Shown: in pieces, positions 31,314 through 41,988 of the stretch | Numbering within the stretch: the first letter of the stretch is position 1 | Layout of the letters: the number at the start of each line of letters is the position of its first letter | Source of the DNA: Cyanidioschyzon merolae | Taxonomy: Eukaryota | Length of the DNA stretch: 64,000 nucleotides | Assembly: GCA_000091205.1 (NCBI GenBank) | Contig: AP006502.2 | Strand: one strand, 5' to 3' | The notes under the pieces: model-generated | Database searches by the model: none | The model's input: the letters and a program-made list of their open reading frames with translations, nothing else | Told to the model about the DNA's origin: nothing | Made by a program: the position numbers and the translations under genes

Positions 31314-34280
31314 ATGTGGGCGCTATTCGAAAGAAAAGTCGAATGGAGCGCTCTTCACTCGGCTCACGCTTTTCATCTTGATAAGTATACTATAGATAGT
31401 TTGTTCCGTAGCGATTCCTTGGCGAAATCGGGGCAGTTGCACTTGGGGGCTCGGCACGGGTACACGAGCGGCACCGCTGTGCGGCAAGGCGAGTTGAGCT
31501 GGGTGTCGCCGGTTTGTTCGGGACTATTCGTAGCGCTCTCTGGGCGTTTAGTACAGAGACAGTGTTCTGGATGGAACGGTTTTGCGGCCGCACCGAGGCG
31601 TAGGCGTCGCGGCCAGCGCTGCGTTCTAAGCGTCAATCAACCTAAGGAAGAGCCGTCACCGCAACGAGCGCCACCTGCACACCCAGCGCCAACGCTACAT
31701 CAGCCGCAGCCGCTGCCACTACAGCAGCAGAATCAGCAGCAACCTCAACAGGCAACGGTGAACGCGTCACCGCTGTCGCTGTCGCCTTCGCTGCAGCAAG
31801 CGGAACAGCACTCGGCGCCCAAGTCGAGCACAACCCGCGTGCCAGCCTACAGCGCTCCGGTTGAACAGACCTTCCCAAGCCCAGACACCAGTACTGGCGA
31901 GCCTCTGAAATCTGAAAAGAATGGGAACACGTCTGCAACAGGGAAACATGCTTGCGAAGCCGATGCTACGCTGGACGCTATCTCCGCTAAAGTGATGCGA
32001 GAAATCCTGGGACCTCTCGTTGCTTATCTGGGCCCAGTGCCGTGCTTCAGCATTGAGCAGGCATTAAGTTTTGTGCTTAAGAGTCGCGCCGCCAAGGGAG
32101 AACATGTGTCTGAAGCTAGCCTCGAGCGCGCCACCGGGATCACGAGTATTCTCGCAGAACTCCAAATGGATAGCGATACGATTATCGCGGGAATCTTGAC
32201 GGAGCTCGTGGAGAGTGGCGTTGCATCCCTGGCCTCCATCGCGGAGCAGTTTGGCAATGCTGTTGCGCGCCTCATTGAGGGCGAGGCAAAAGTCAGCCGC
32301 CTACCTGAAATGGCCGAGAGTCCGATAGCTGATGAAAACGTTGAAAACCTACGCCAAATGTTCATCGCCATGGCTTCCGATTTTCGTATCATCGTTATCA
32401 AGCTCGCAGCTCGCCTGCACACCATGCGAACACTGCAGACGCTCCCAGCAGAGCGCCAACGACGAATCGCTCGGGAAACACTGGACATCTTTGCACCGCT
32501 AGCGCACCGCCTAGGAATCTGGTCAGTGAAGAGCCACTTGGAGAATCTCGCCTTTCTCTATCTCTACCCCGAAGAGTACCGGAAGATTCGGTCTCATATC
32601 GAGGGGCGCATGCCCTCCTACAAACGGATTCTGGAGGAGAGCAAAGCGCGCCTCGAGCATGCGCTGAGCAGCGATCCAATCCTCAGGCGCACGGTTAGTC
32701 GTATTGAGGTTGCAGCGCGTTCCAAGGAAATCTATTCCATTTGGCAGAAACTACAACGCGGACGCGCACAGCGCCTGGATCATATATACGACCTGGTTGC
32801 GTTGCGGGTGACGATTGATCCGCGCGAGGACCTGTCCGTAGTCGGCACGAGCGGTACAAATGAAATGGATCGAGATGAGGCCGAGAAAACGCGGCTCCGC
32901 GATGACGAGAATGGGCTCTGCTATTACGTGCTCGGTATCGTCCATCAACTGTGGCACCCCGTTCCCGGACGTGTGAAGGACTACATCGCTTTTCCGAAAC
33001 CGAATGGCTATCAGTCACTGCACACCACGGTCGTGGTAGACAACGGCTCCGATCAGGCACCGCTCGAGGTTCAAATTCGAACCCGGGCGATGGATCGCAC
33101 AGCAGAGTACGGTATGGCTGCACACTGGTACTTCAAGGAACATGACCAACTGACGGCCGCCGCGTCCAACTCCTGGTTAACGAGCATTCAAGAGTGGAAT
33201 CTGGATATCCAGTCTTCTCACGAATTTGTGGAACTTGTAAGACGCGAATTGCTCGGCAACCGGGTTTTTGTGTTCGTGAACGATACGAATACCGAGAACG
33301 CGACCCGCATCCTGAATCTACCTCGAGGGTCCACGGTGGTGGATGTTGCATTCGCGATCAGCGCAGATGCCGGGTACCGCATGATCGCGGCGAAAGTGAA
33401 TGGCTCGATGGTACCCATGAACTACGTTCTCCAAAATGCGGACATGATCCAGATCGTGCGGAGCAAGTACTCACCAGGTCCCAGCTTGGAGTGGGTCCAG
33501 TACGCGAAGACGAGGCTTGCGCAGCATGCGCTGCGGCAGTTTTTCGCCCGTTGGCAAGGTGAGACGGAGCTTCCAAAACATTTTACGAGTGCTGCGGATC
33601 CGGACCTCGAGTCTGGGAGTAGCGCAAACGACAAGAATGGTGAGCCAGGTATCGACGGGAACTCGTCGAAAGCGGCTTCTAATGAGGAACGCCAGTTCCG
33701 CTGGGATCGTTCACAGCGCAGCGAAGACGCCGTGAACAGCTTCCTAAGTAGCATGAAGCCAGAAGACCTTCTCGATGATATGTGCTTACAAATCTCGCCT
33801 GCTCAACTCGTTTTCGAGGACGGACTCGAAATCGCTTCCGCGTCCATGGCGCGCTGCTGCCTGCCTCTGCCGAGCGACAAAATTTTCGGTGTCATCGCAG
33901 ACGGTGCCAGTCAGGTGGAAATTCATCGACAGGGATGCGCAGTAGGGCAGCGCGCCCTAGTGCAGACCAGCGGCGCGCGCAAACTCTCCGTCCAGTGGCA
34001 GAGCCCAGCGCGTAGCGGGACCACGCGTGCAGCACGGCTTCCCGCTTGTCTGAAAGTGACCTGCATTGATCGAAATGGCCTTCTCAGCGATGTCAGTCGG
34101 GCAGTTATTGAAAAAGGCATCACAATTCTGTCGACCCGAAGCACCTCTACGCAGAACACAGCTTACCTGGAGTACTGCGTTGCTGTCATCAATCGAACTG
34201 AACTTGATTCCTTATGTGCCGCCCTGCGCGATATCCCTGGGGTTGTCACCGTGGAAGACGGCTTGGCGCCGCACGTCTAA
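31314..34280 (+). CDS. RelA/SpoT homolog (RSH) (p)ppGpp synthetase of long-form architecture: pseudo-HD, synthetase, TGS and ACT domains, preceded by an N-terminal Q/P-rich extension of about 230 aa.
   Basis: It aligns to E. coli SpoT/RelA as FRIIVIKLAARLHTMRTLQTLPAERQRRIARETLDIFAPLAHRLGIW and RSKEIYSIWQKLQRG...YDLVALRVTI...FPKPNGYQSLHTTV...EVQIRTRAMDRTAEYGMAAHWYFKE. A TGS-like block (VFVFVNDTN...MIQIV) and a C-terminal ACT (LKVTCIDRNGLLSDVSRAVIEKGITILS) follow. The hydrolase HD dyad reads ILTELVESG at 32193-32219 where SpoT has LLHDVIEDT. Confidence 0.85.
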   Translation: MWALFERKVEWSALHSAHAFHLDKYTIDSLFRSDSLAKSGQLHLGARHGYTSGTAVRQGELSWVSPVCSGLFVALSGRLVQRQCSGWNGFAAAPRRRRRGQRCVLSVNQPKEEPSPQRAPPAHPAPTLHQPQPLPLQQQNQQQPQQATVNASPLSLSPSLQQAEQHSAPKSSTTRVPAYSAPVEQTFPSPDTSTGEPLKSEKNGNTSATGKHACEADATLDAISAKVMREILGPLVAYLGPVPCFSIEQALSFVLKSRAAKGEHVSEASLERATGITSILAELQMDSDTIIAGILTELVESGVASLASIAEQFGNAVARLIEGEAKVSRLPEMAESPIADENVENLRQMFIAMASDFRIIVIKLAARLHTMRTLQTLPAERQRRIARETLDIFAPLAHRLGIWSVKSHLENLAFLYLYPEEYRKIRSHIEGRMPSYKRILEESKARLEHALSSDPILRRTVSRIEVAARSKEIYSIWQKLQRGRAQRLDHIYDLVALRVTIDPREDLSVVGTSGTNEMDRDEAEKTRLRDDENGLCYYVLGIVHQLWHPVPGRVKDYIAFPKPNGYQSLHTTVVVDNGSDQAPLEVQIRTRAMDRTAEYGMAAHWYFKEHDQLTAAASNSWLTSIQEWNLDIQSSHEFVELVRRELLGNRVFVFVNDTNTENATRILNLPRGSTVVDVAFAISADAGYRMIAAKVNGSMVPMNYVLQNADMIQIVRSKYSPGPSLEWVQYAKTRLAQHALRQFFARWQGETELPKHFTSAADPDLESGSSANDKNGEPGIDGNSSKAASNEERQFRWDRSQRSEDAVNSFLSSMKPEDLLDDMCLQISPAQLVFEDGLEIASASMARCCLPLPSDKIFGVIADGASQVEIHRQGCAVGQRALVQTSGARKLSVQWQSPARSGTTRAARLPACLKVTCIDRNGLLSDVSRAVIEKGITILSTRSTSTQNTAYLEYCVAVINRTELDSLCAALRDIPGVVTVEDGLAPHV

Positions 34281-35387
34281 GCGGCGTTCGCACGACGCTT
34301 CGCCTTCAAAGTCCGCCGTCCCGTGCGTCGAGGAGCATCTCGAGAAGCGGAAATCGCCGCGCTTTTCGCCAACAGGTTGCCAGTGTCGCGTCGCAAGCAG
34401 ACAGACACTGAGTGATTCGGGGGGAAACATCAGAACTGACGGCGGCGACGGCAACATCGAAGTCGTTTTAGCAGCAGTACCAGCATCTGTTCAACGTTTG
34501 GAGCCAACACACAACGCAGTGTGGACCGACCGGGACGCGTGCCCAGACAACAGCACGATTACCCGCCATCGCCATCGATATTCACGGGGAAACGAAACCT
34601 GCATCGTCATTGCCAGGTTGACGCGTCCGATGATACGGATACCGGTGCGGCACGCGTCGCGAACCCAGTACACCATGAACACGCTCCGAGCCGCTTCTCG
34701 GTAACGCCGCCAGCCGACGAACCGCTGATTCAGCAAGAGCACCACGAACAACACGAATCATTACCATTAGCGCAGGATTCAGTAGTTCATTCTTCGAAAG
34801 CGTCCAAAATCTCTTCCGAAACTTCAGTAAGGCTGGGTGCATCGCAGAGGCTGCGGTTCAGCAGCGACGATGATGCGTGCACGGAGCGATTCAGCGGCAC
34901 GCATGATGCTCGTTGTTTGATGTTCGTACGCTGCACAGAGGGCGGCGTCCAGTATCCGCAGGCACCTTTCGCCTCGTTATCCTGCGGATGTTTATGAACC
35001 ATGCGGAACAGAGGCTCAAAGCATTCCACGCAAAGCTGGGTCACGATGCGCGCACCGAAGACACCCGGCATCCTGCACTACTGTACCGATAGTGCATGTC
35101 GCTCCGTAGGAGGCGCAATGGATACAGGCTTCAAGGGCAAGGGCGGCATGCCAGTATGTTCGGCAATGTGCATGCGCTCCGCAGGCTGGCTTCGGAGCTG
35201 CACGCACTGGTGGTGGCATCGACAGAGGGCCAGCATCGAAGTGAGCGTCGCCGCCTCCGCAGCAGGCGCGTTGCGGCGACGCGCAGTTCCAGGATGCATC
35301 CGAGGATGCGTGCTGCCACGAGCGCTATGACGCAGTGTCCGGAATGTCTCACTGGGCATGCGCCTGCATGCAGCATGCCTCCGGTAC

Positions 35388-36281
35388 TCATTCCTGGTTC
35401 ATTCCCATCGGATGGAAGAACTGCTTCACCGGTGCGAAGGATCGACGATGGATGGGGCTGGGCCCGAGCTCACGCAGCAGCTCCAGATGCCGTGGAGTCG
35501 GATATCCCTTGTTGTCTGCAAACTCATAACCGGGGTAGTGTTTGTCCAGGTTCTCCATGAGTCGATCCCGAGTGACTTTGGCAACGATGCTCGCCGCGGC
35601 AATGCTCAAGCTAGACGCATCGCCGTTGACGATTCCGAAGAACTCTGTGGCGGATGCGTTGTGCGCGTTCCGCTCATTTTCTCGTTTCAGTGTGGCCGGG
35701 AGCGATCCGTCAATAAGGGCAACTGCAGGCGAGCCGTTCCGCAGCGCTTGTAGAGCCTTCTGCATCGCGATCACGGTCGCTTCGAGGATGTTGACGGCGT
35801 CGATGACGTCCGCTTCGACGATGCCAACGCCCACGTCCACCCCAGTGCGCGGGTCCAACAGAAGATCGTAAATTTCGTCGCGAGCGAATGGAGAGAGCTT
35901 CTTCGAGTCGTTGAGGTTTTCGATCCAGAGGTCGCGCGGCAGAACGCACGCGGCTGCGACCACTGGACCGGCGAGGCTGCCGCGTCCGGCCTCGTCGACA
36001 CCGGCCAAGCGGAAGGCATCCTCTCTGGAAGAACTGTAAAACGCACGCTCTAGCTCGCCTAAGAGATGAAGTCGATTCTTCTCTTTCTCGGTGAGCAGGT
36101 GGGTGAGGCGCGAGTCTCGACGCAGAATGCGGTACTCGGAGTCGTCGGAGAAGCCCCGCACGGTCACGTAGGTATGGGCTGCAGCTCCAAGTGCGCTCAG
36201 AGCACCCCTGCTTCTCCGCATTGCGCGCTTTGGAAACCGGCATGCACGGCACCACCGCGACAGAGAGACCAAATACGCCAT
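35388..36281 (-). CDS. rnhB: Bacterial-type ribonuclease HII (RnhB family) with an N-terminal presequence-like extension of about 95 aa, probably organelle-targeted.
   Basis: GVDEAGRGSLAGPVVAAACVL...DSKKLS...ALIDGSLPATL...HNASATEFFGIVNGDASSLSIAAASIVAKVTRDRLMENLDKHYPGYEFADNKGYPTPRHLELL...HRRSFAPV follows the bacterial RNase HII consensus, including the KGYPT and HRRSF motifs, rather than eukaryotic RNase H2A. The ATG at 36279-36281 was verified. Confidence 0.8.
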   Translation of the reverse strand: MAYLVSLSRWCRACRFPKRAMRRSRGALSALGAAAHTYVTVRGFSDDSEYRILRRDSRLTHLLTEKEKNRLHLLGELERAFYSSSREDAFRLAGVDEAGRGSLAGPVVAAACVLPRDLWIENLNDSKKLSPFARDEIYDLLLDPRTGVDVGVGIVEADVIDAVNILEATVIAMQKALQALRNGSPAVALIDGSLPATLKRENERNAHNASATEFFGIVNGDASSLSIAAASIVAKVTRDRLMENLDKHYPGYEFADNKGYPTPRHLELLRELGPSPIHRRSFAPVKQFFHPMGMNQE

Positions 36282-37544
36282 GACTGCGCTGCAAAAGCGG
36301 TATGTTCGTAGTTACATAGACCCAAGAGGAAAGACGTAGAGCTGGTGCAATGTGCGCCCGCGCCATGCCAGCGCTGTGAAACATTCGCATCTGGAGATGT
36401 GCTGGTATGGGGCGCGCTTACTATCACCCGGTGCTGCGCTGAACGGGATCACGTCGGGACGACACACGCTCCGGCACGCTTCGAGTGTTCGTCGTTGTTT
36501 CCAGTTGGACCTGGTCGTGTCTCGCCACGTACGAAATCTCTGCTCTTTTGAGGGATGCCCGCCGGACGCGACGGCAACTCGTTCTTCGAGGCGTCGCCTC
36601 GTTGGCGCTGCCTCCAGCGTGTTACGCCCAAGCTCTGTTTGGTGTTGCTCAGGTGACTGGGCCAGTGGCGTCAGTCTGAGCACTGTATTCTGTTGCCACG
36701 GTAAGCAACGTGTGTATATGTTTGTTTATGTACAGGGTGCAGAGCAGCGCGTTGCGGGATACCGTCCTGCCCTGGCTTGTTGCTGCTGGTAAGGTGCTGT
36801 GCGCTCTCTGGGCGCACGGTGCTCATTTGTCATAGGTTCTTCAGGGATTTGTTTTGCATCCATATGAGCTGGTCCTTTTGCTACGGTTGCACGTAGCGTA
36901 GAGAGCTACAGGTCCGCTCCCGGGGCACTACAGGCGCTGCCAACCAAAAAACATGTGCTCGCGGGTACCAGGAGCACGAATATGTTCGTGACGCTCCGAG
37001 GCTCTACTTCGCTCCGCGAAAAACTGGAAACGCTTTTGCGTTCTACAGCTTTCGCCTACGCTGAATACGGAATTCTTTATTGCTGACGGACCTGCGAAGT
37101 TACCTAGCTCCCGCGTATGCCCAAACTGTCGCCTACAACCTGGGCAGCACGCGCAGCTCCACATGCGTCAAGCGCTCGCAGTGCGGAACAGGATCCGCAG
37201 CTCGGGCACGAAGTGAGCAGCAACGGTATCTGCCCTGTATCGAAAAGGACGGTGAGTTGCTGCATCTTCTCGAACCAGAACAGAATTGATTGATGCGCGC
37301 GCCCAGTCATTCGATGAACGATCCTCAGGTGGTCCGTAGCATTCACATCATGGGCTGGGCATTTCAACGAAGCACCTTCAAAACCGAGAGCCTGGTGCAT
37401 GCCTGCATGCGGGGAGTTCCGATGGATACGCAGGGCCACGTTCGCATCTGTCGAGGCTGGACAGACGCCCACATTGATGGTCTCATCCGCGAATCGCATT
37501 GCCTGCATGGTGCCTGGAACGGCGTCCTGTGCCGGCCGGGGTTC

Positions 37545-38154
37545 CTATTCGGCTAAGACGATCGTACATACCGACTTGTCATTACCAGAGCGCATGCGGA
37601 GTTGCTTCCGTATCCGGGTATCAAAGCAGCCTGTTCTTTGCGTTAAGGGCTCGGACAATGCCCAGCGAAACATTGAATGTCCCACGACGGTAGAGTGTAT
37701 AAAGACACCCGCGCGCAGACGCTTCCCAACGTTTCTGGACCCACCGACTGCTATCGGTTTCAATTTCTCTTTGCAAACTTGGAGCTTGAGAGGATGTCCC
37801 GCAAAGTTGGCTGGTACCAGCTCCCCGGGTTTCGTTTTCAGCACCGCACATCGTCGGATGCCGTTGACGTGTCGGTTCACGAACTGCATGCGTTTATTGC
37901 ATCTGATGGAACTCACCATTGCAAGGATTCCTAGAACTAGCGCCCTCTGTGCCACTACAGCCTTGTCATCGTCCGGTCGGGCAAACACCTTTTCTTGTCT
38001 GTCTCTCATCGTCATCTTCTTCCTCGTCACGTGCTTATCTTCGCTCGATGGTCGGCGAGATGAGGATTTTTTCGTTTTTTCGGCAGCCGGTGGCGGCGGT
38101 CCTCATGGTTCCCAACTGTCATGTCCATACGTTTCCCACGTCTTTTATATTTGA
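37545..38154 (-). mobile_element. Relic fragment (copy c) of the TnpB/Fanzor-like element, with a degenerate RuvC-III region and 3-prime module, lying just 3-prime of the RPS5 gene.
   Basis: Minus ORF 37545..38030 contains CNKRMQFVNRHVNGIRRCAVLKTKP, a decayed version of VNRD-NAA-NI-RCAVL. Its DNA aligns to copy a (positions 150-420), and an MCGAENETRGAG peptide in frame 37621..37851 parallels MCGAEDETRGAG in copy a. No intact domains remain. Confidence 0.45.
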
Positions 38155-38357
38155 AAATGAACGCACTTCGAACACATCTGCGATAAACGGCGAAACGGCA
38201 TTTGATGACACGCACCGAGCGGTGACTCTCCAACGAGGTAAACGACTATAGGAGAGAGAACCAGCCTCGCTAGCGCCGATGATCTCATGGCAGCATGCAA
38301 AGCGCACACGCTGCTTTCCTCACCTGCACAGTAACATGCATTGTGTGCAGTATCTCC

Positions 38358-38951
38358 TTAGCGATTCGCTTTGGCGACACGCTCGATTTCATCCTTCTTC
38401 TTGATGGCGAAGGAGTTTGAGCTCCCTTTCGCGGCGTTGATCAGTTCATCAGCCAAGCACTCGGCAATTGTTTTCACGTTCCGGAACGCGGACTCTCGCG
38501 CGCCCGTCGTGAGAAGCCAGAGCGCGACATTCACGCGTCGCAGCGGCGATACGTCAACAGCCTGGCGTCGAACCGTCCCCGCGGAGCCGATACGCGTCGA
38601 GTCCTCGCGTGGACCCGAATTGATCACAGCGTCCACGAGAATCTGCACCGGGTTCTGATCAGTGAGAACGTGCATGATTTCGAAGCAGTGTTTCACAATC
38701 CGAACTGCCATAAGTTTCTTTCCATTGTTCCTTCCGTGCTTCATCAGGGCGTTCACGAGACGCTCCACTATTGGGCACTGCGCCTTTTTGAAGCGTCGCG
38801 TCTGGTACCGCCCCGCCGTGTGCGGCAGGTACACTGCGTACTTCTGCTTCACAGCGATGTAGTCAGCCAGGGCAATATCTGAAACCTCAACATCCTCCAG
38901 TGACCACTTATTAAAGAGAAGAATCTCACGAGCTGGGACCTGCGCCTCCAT
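38358..38951 (-). CDS. RPS5: 40S ribosomal protein S5 (uS7).
   Basis: [88 protein letters not shown]...[37 protein letters not shown] is nearly collinear with human RPS5. Start is placed at the internal ATG near 38949-38951 (plus or minus 1); the track start is an upstream GTG. Confidence 0.9.
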   Translation of the reverse strand: MEAQVPAREILLFNKWSLEDVEVSDIALADYIAVKQKYAVYLPHTAGRYQTRRFKKAQCPIVERLVNALMKHGRNNGKKLMAVRIVKHCFEIMHVLTDQNPVQILVDAVINSGPREDSTRIGSAGTVRRQAVDVSPLRRVNVALWLLTTGARESAFRNVKTIAECLADELINAAKGSSNSFAIKKKDEIERVAKANR

Positions 38952-39371
38952 GGCGGCTGCTTTAGCACCAGCGAGGTTTCCGAGCGTCGGAACCTGCACG
39001 TCGTAGCTCTATCCTTGCCTTGCGGGGGTTGCGCGGCCGCAAGCCCATGGACGCCGCCGTAGGGAGGTGGTAGAGATCTTGACAAAAAGGCAATTTAGTG
39101 GACGTTAAGGCCAGGTCTATCGCATGCGCAATCGGCTGGCCCTGGGGGCACCAGTGCTGGCCGAGCGCATTCTCTCTTGCGTGGTGCTGCGTCTCCGTCG
39201 ACGCACAGACGCCAGGAGCCCTCTGTAGCGTCCTTGCGCCGACCAGTCGAGGGTGTTTCGGGAGCGTCCTTGTTGTTGGACGGGTACTCTGCTCGTTACC
39301 ATGTCTACTGGACTCTGCGATATTTGATCTCCGTATACAGACATAGACTGCGGGAAAGATTCTCATAAACT

Positions 39372-40712
39372 ATGTCGATGGAAGGGAACGCCGACCCAGC
39401 GCTGGCCGCTCGGCAGTACCTGGAGCAGTGCACGGACACGTCGACGGCCGCTGTTCCACGAGAGCGACCAACCAAGGCGCTACCTGTTCCGAGGCGTTGG
39501 CGAACTGGCGAAAGTGACGAGGCTGAACGTCTTCTCGCAGACGAGCTGCTTCTTCGATCACTCAGCGCGCTGCCGCAGAACTATGACTTTGAAATCGCCA
39601 AAACGGTGGAACGCATACGCCGCGATCGGATCCAAAGCGTGGCGCTGCAGCTGCCGGAAGGCCTCCAAGTCTATGCATGTACGCTTGCGGACATTTTGCA
39701 GCGTCTATGTCAAACGAAGGGCAGCCATACCTGCCTGAAAGTCGTGATTCTGGCAGAAGTCACGTATGGAGCTTGTTGCGTGGACGACCTTGCAGCCCAA
39801 CGATGCGGTTGTGAACTCCTCATACATTACGGACATAGTTGTCTGGTTCCGATCCAGCATGCCTGCGTGCGTACCATGTATATATTTGTTCGCGTGTCCT
39901 TCGAAACGGAGCACTTGATCCAATGTATTATGAAAGAGTTCGAAGAGCGCTCTGAAAGGATCCGTTTGTACCTCGTGAGCACGATTCAGTTTCAGGGCCT
40001 GTTGGGGACTGTTGCGAAGGCGCTGCGCGAACGGGGGCGTTTTTCGGAGATTTTTATACCACAAGCGCGTCCGCTGTCTCGAGGCGAGCTGCTCGGCTGT
40101 ACAGCACCGATGGTATCAACCGAGCACGAGGCACAAGAGACGGTACCCTCGATTGGAGACTCGTGGGCAGTCCTGTACATAGGAGACGGTCGCTTTCATT
40201 TAGAGTCTGTGATGATTCAAAATGCCCATGTGGAAGCATTCTACCGCTATGATCCCTACGGGAAAACCTTGACAAGGGAATTCTACGATCATGACTCGAT
40301 GGTGCGGGAGCGATGGGAGGCGATCGAAGCAGCTCGTCGGCCCAATGTTCGTCTCTGGGGGGTTATTTTGGGTACTCTTGGGCGGCAGGGGAACCTGAAC
40401 ATCCTCCGTCGAATTCTAGGCATGCTTCGGGAAGATTGTAAGCAGTACGTTGCGATCCTTTGCAATGAGGTGACACCGGAGAAGCTGCGCTTGCTCAGCG
40501 GCAGCGGCATCGACGTTTGGGTGCAGGTGGCATGTCCGCGGCTCAGTATCGACTGGGGTCGAAACCTGGCGCCGGACGGTGCCCCCGTTCTGACACCATA
40601 CGAGGCCATGGTGGCCCTGGGTCGGGTTCCATGGCGAGGACGGCGGTATCCCATGGACTATTACGCTGGCAGCGGAGGCCCCTGGTCGAACTATTACCGT
40701 GATGGGTCATAG
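39372..40712 (+). CDS. DPH1: Diphthamide biosynthesis protein 1 (2-(3-amino-3-carboxypropyl)histidine synthase subunit 1; DPH1/DPH2 radical-SAM family).
   Basis: PQNYDFEIAKTVERIRRDRIQSVALQLPEGL...TYGACCVDDLAAQRCGCELLIHYGHSCLVPI...PLSRGELLGCT...YIGDGRFHLESVMIQN...YDPYGKTLTREFYDH...GVILGTLGRQGNLNIL...VQVACPRLSIDWG...LTPYEAMVAL...YPMDYY matches yeast Dph1 block by block. The ATG at 39372 was verified. Confidence 0.85.
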   Translation: MSMEGNADPALAARQYLEQCTDTSTAAVPRERPTKALPVPRRWRTGESDEAERLLADELLLRSLSALPQNYDFEIAKTVERIRRDRIQSVALQLPEGLQVYACTLADILQRLCQTKGSHTCLKVVILAEVTYGACCVDDLAAQRCGCELLIHYGHSCLVPIQHACVRTMYIFVRVSFETEHLIQCIMKEFEERSERIRLYLVSTIQFQGLLGTVAKALRERGRFSEIFIPQARPLSRGELLGCTAPMVSTEHEAQETVPSIGDSWAVLYIGDGRFHLESVMIQNAHVEAFYRYDPYGKTLTREFYDHDSMVRERWEAIEAARRPNVRLWGVILGTLGRQGNLNILRRILGMLREDCKQYVAILCNEVTPEKLRLLSGSGIDVWVQVACPRLSIDWGRNLAPDGAPVLTPYEAMVALGRVPWRGRRYPMDYYAGSGGPWSNYYRDGS

Positions 40713-41649
40713 TGTGGGCCAATGTGCCGATCGCATGTGCTGGTATCACCACGGACTAGGCCAAGGCTGTGAATATGCAGTAAACCATGACCCAGATTTC
40801 TGAAGTGTGCGCTCAAACACACGACAGGTGCATTTACAAGATGTTGTCGGATAGGATAGCGCTGGTGATGGGTTATCGAGCGGCCCTATGAACCGCGTCA
40901 CAGACGCTGTATCGTTTGCGCTGGTCGCAGCGATAATCCACCACGTTGTCTTCAGTTGCTTTCGAAGGCACCAACTTGCAAGCGTACGCATCAAACCGCT
41001 TTCCATGTGTGTTACGAATCGGGCCTCATGCGTTACTGACTGCGACACTGCGGGAACGCCTAAGGAGCAGGTATCCAGGCTGTTTTCGCACACACACGAT
41101 GCGATACGGTCCAAAGCGCAAGATACGTACACTGTGCAATGCACTGAAAATTCGAGTGCAGGCTCAATTCAAGCAGCAACGCCGGATTCCTACCAAGAAT
41201 CGATCCCGACGCAACCGTGTGCATCTTTTGGACTCTTGCACCACAAAAGGCGAAAAACATTCCCAATGCGGAGAGCGCATGGAGCGTCCCTGTTGAGCGC
41301 ACTGGGCCGAGCCATCTATGACACCGGGCCGGGGCACCGCTGCATGCAGGACAACTCCTCGGCGGTGGCAGCATCTGCGTAAAGGCCAGACTTTACGCGG
41401 ATTATTCACTTTCGGACCAAGCATCGTCATTGTCCGATGCAGCACCGTATTCGTTCGCATCCACATTGGTTGAATCCTTTTAACATCGGGTCGAAACAAA
41501 CCAGCAATTTTGCAGAGCTTCCGCACGTCGGCAGCCGCCCCCGCGCATCCGCTAACGGCATACTTCACGCGTCATCGCTGCGAGGCGCTTCCGCCGCTGT
41601 TGAACACACTTAGGTGGTGCTGGTTCTGGTAGTGGTGGCGAAGACGGCC

Positions 41650-41988
41650 CTATTGCACCTCAGATTTGCGCTTTGCTTCTTTTATCAACGTTACCAGCTC
41701 TCCGCGCTCGTATGCCTCCATCGTCTCCGAACAACCGCCAATGTGCTTACCACCGATGAAGACGTTCGGAACCGTTCGTTGCCCAGTCCAGCCATATAAG
41801 AGGTTCTGTATCTCTATGCCATCGTTCCCAAGCTCGTCAAGTTCTATGATTTGAGCAGGTGCCTGAAGTTCTTGCATCAGACTTTTCACCTGGGCGCAGA
41901 AGCCACACCAGCTCTTGGAGAAAACAACCACCGGCTGGCTGGCAACCAGTTCCCGCAGCTGCTGCTCCAGTCCGGAGCTCGAGCTCAT
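41650..41988 (-). CDS. Dithiol glutaredoxin (about 112 aa) with a CGFC active site.
   Basis: MSSSSGLEQQLRELVASQPVVVFSKSWCGFCAQVKSLMQEL...TVPNVFIGGKHIGGCSETMEAYERGEL fits the glutaredoxin fold motifs C-x-x-C, TVP and GG...D. The ATG at 41986-41988 was verified; the longer track ORF upstream is not supported. Confidence 0.75.
   Translation of the reverse strand: MSSSSGLEQQLRELVASQPVVVFSKSWCGFCAQVKSLMQELQAPAQIIELDELGNDGIEIQNLLYGWTGQRTVPNVFIGGKHIGGCSETMEAYERGELVTLIKEAKRKSEVQ

Noticed and set aside
35710-36390. 226-aa minus-strand ORF overlapping the RNase HII gene in another frame.
   Set aside because: The R/S/P-rich translation is an out-of-frame artefact; the RNase HII frame carries every conserved motif.
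38952-38999. N-terminal 16 codons of the track ORF for RPS5, and similar alternative-start extensions on COPB2, DNAJ, POL5-like, SpoU, RPE and the 644-aa gene.
   Set aside because: The track prints non-ATG starts (GTG, TTG, CTG) as M. For a eukaryotic nuclear genome I moved starts to the first in-frame ATG, consistent with homolog N-termini.
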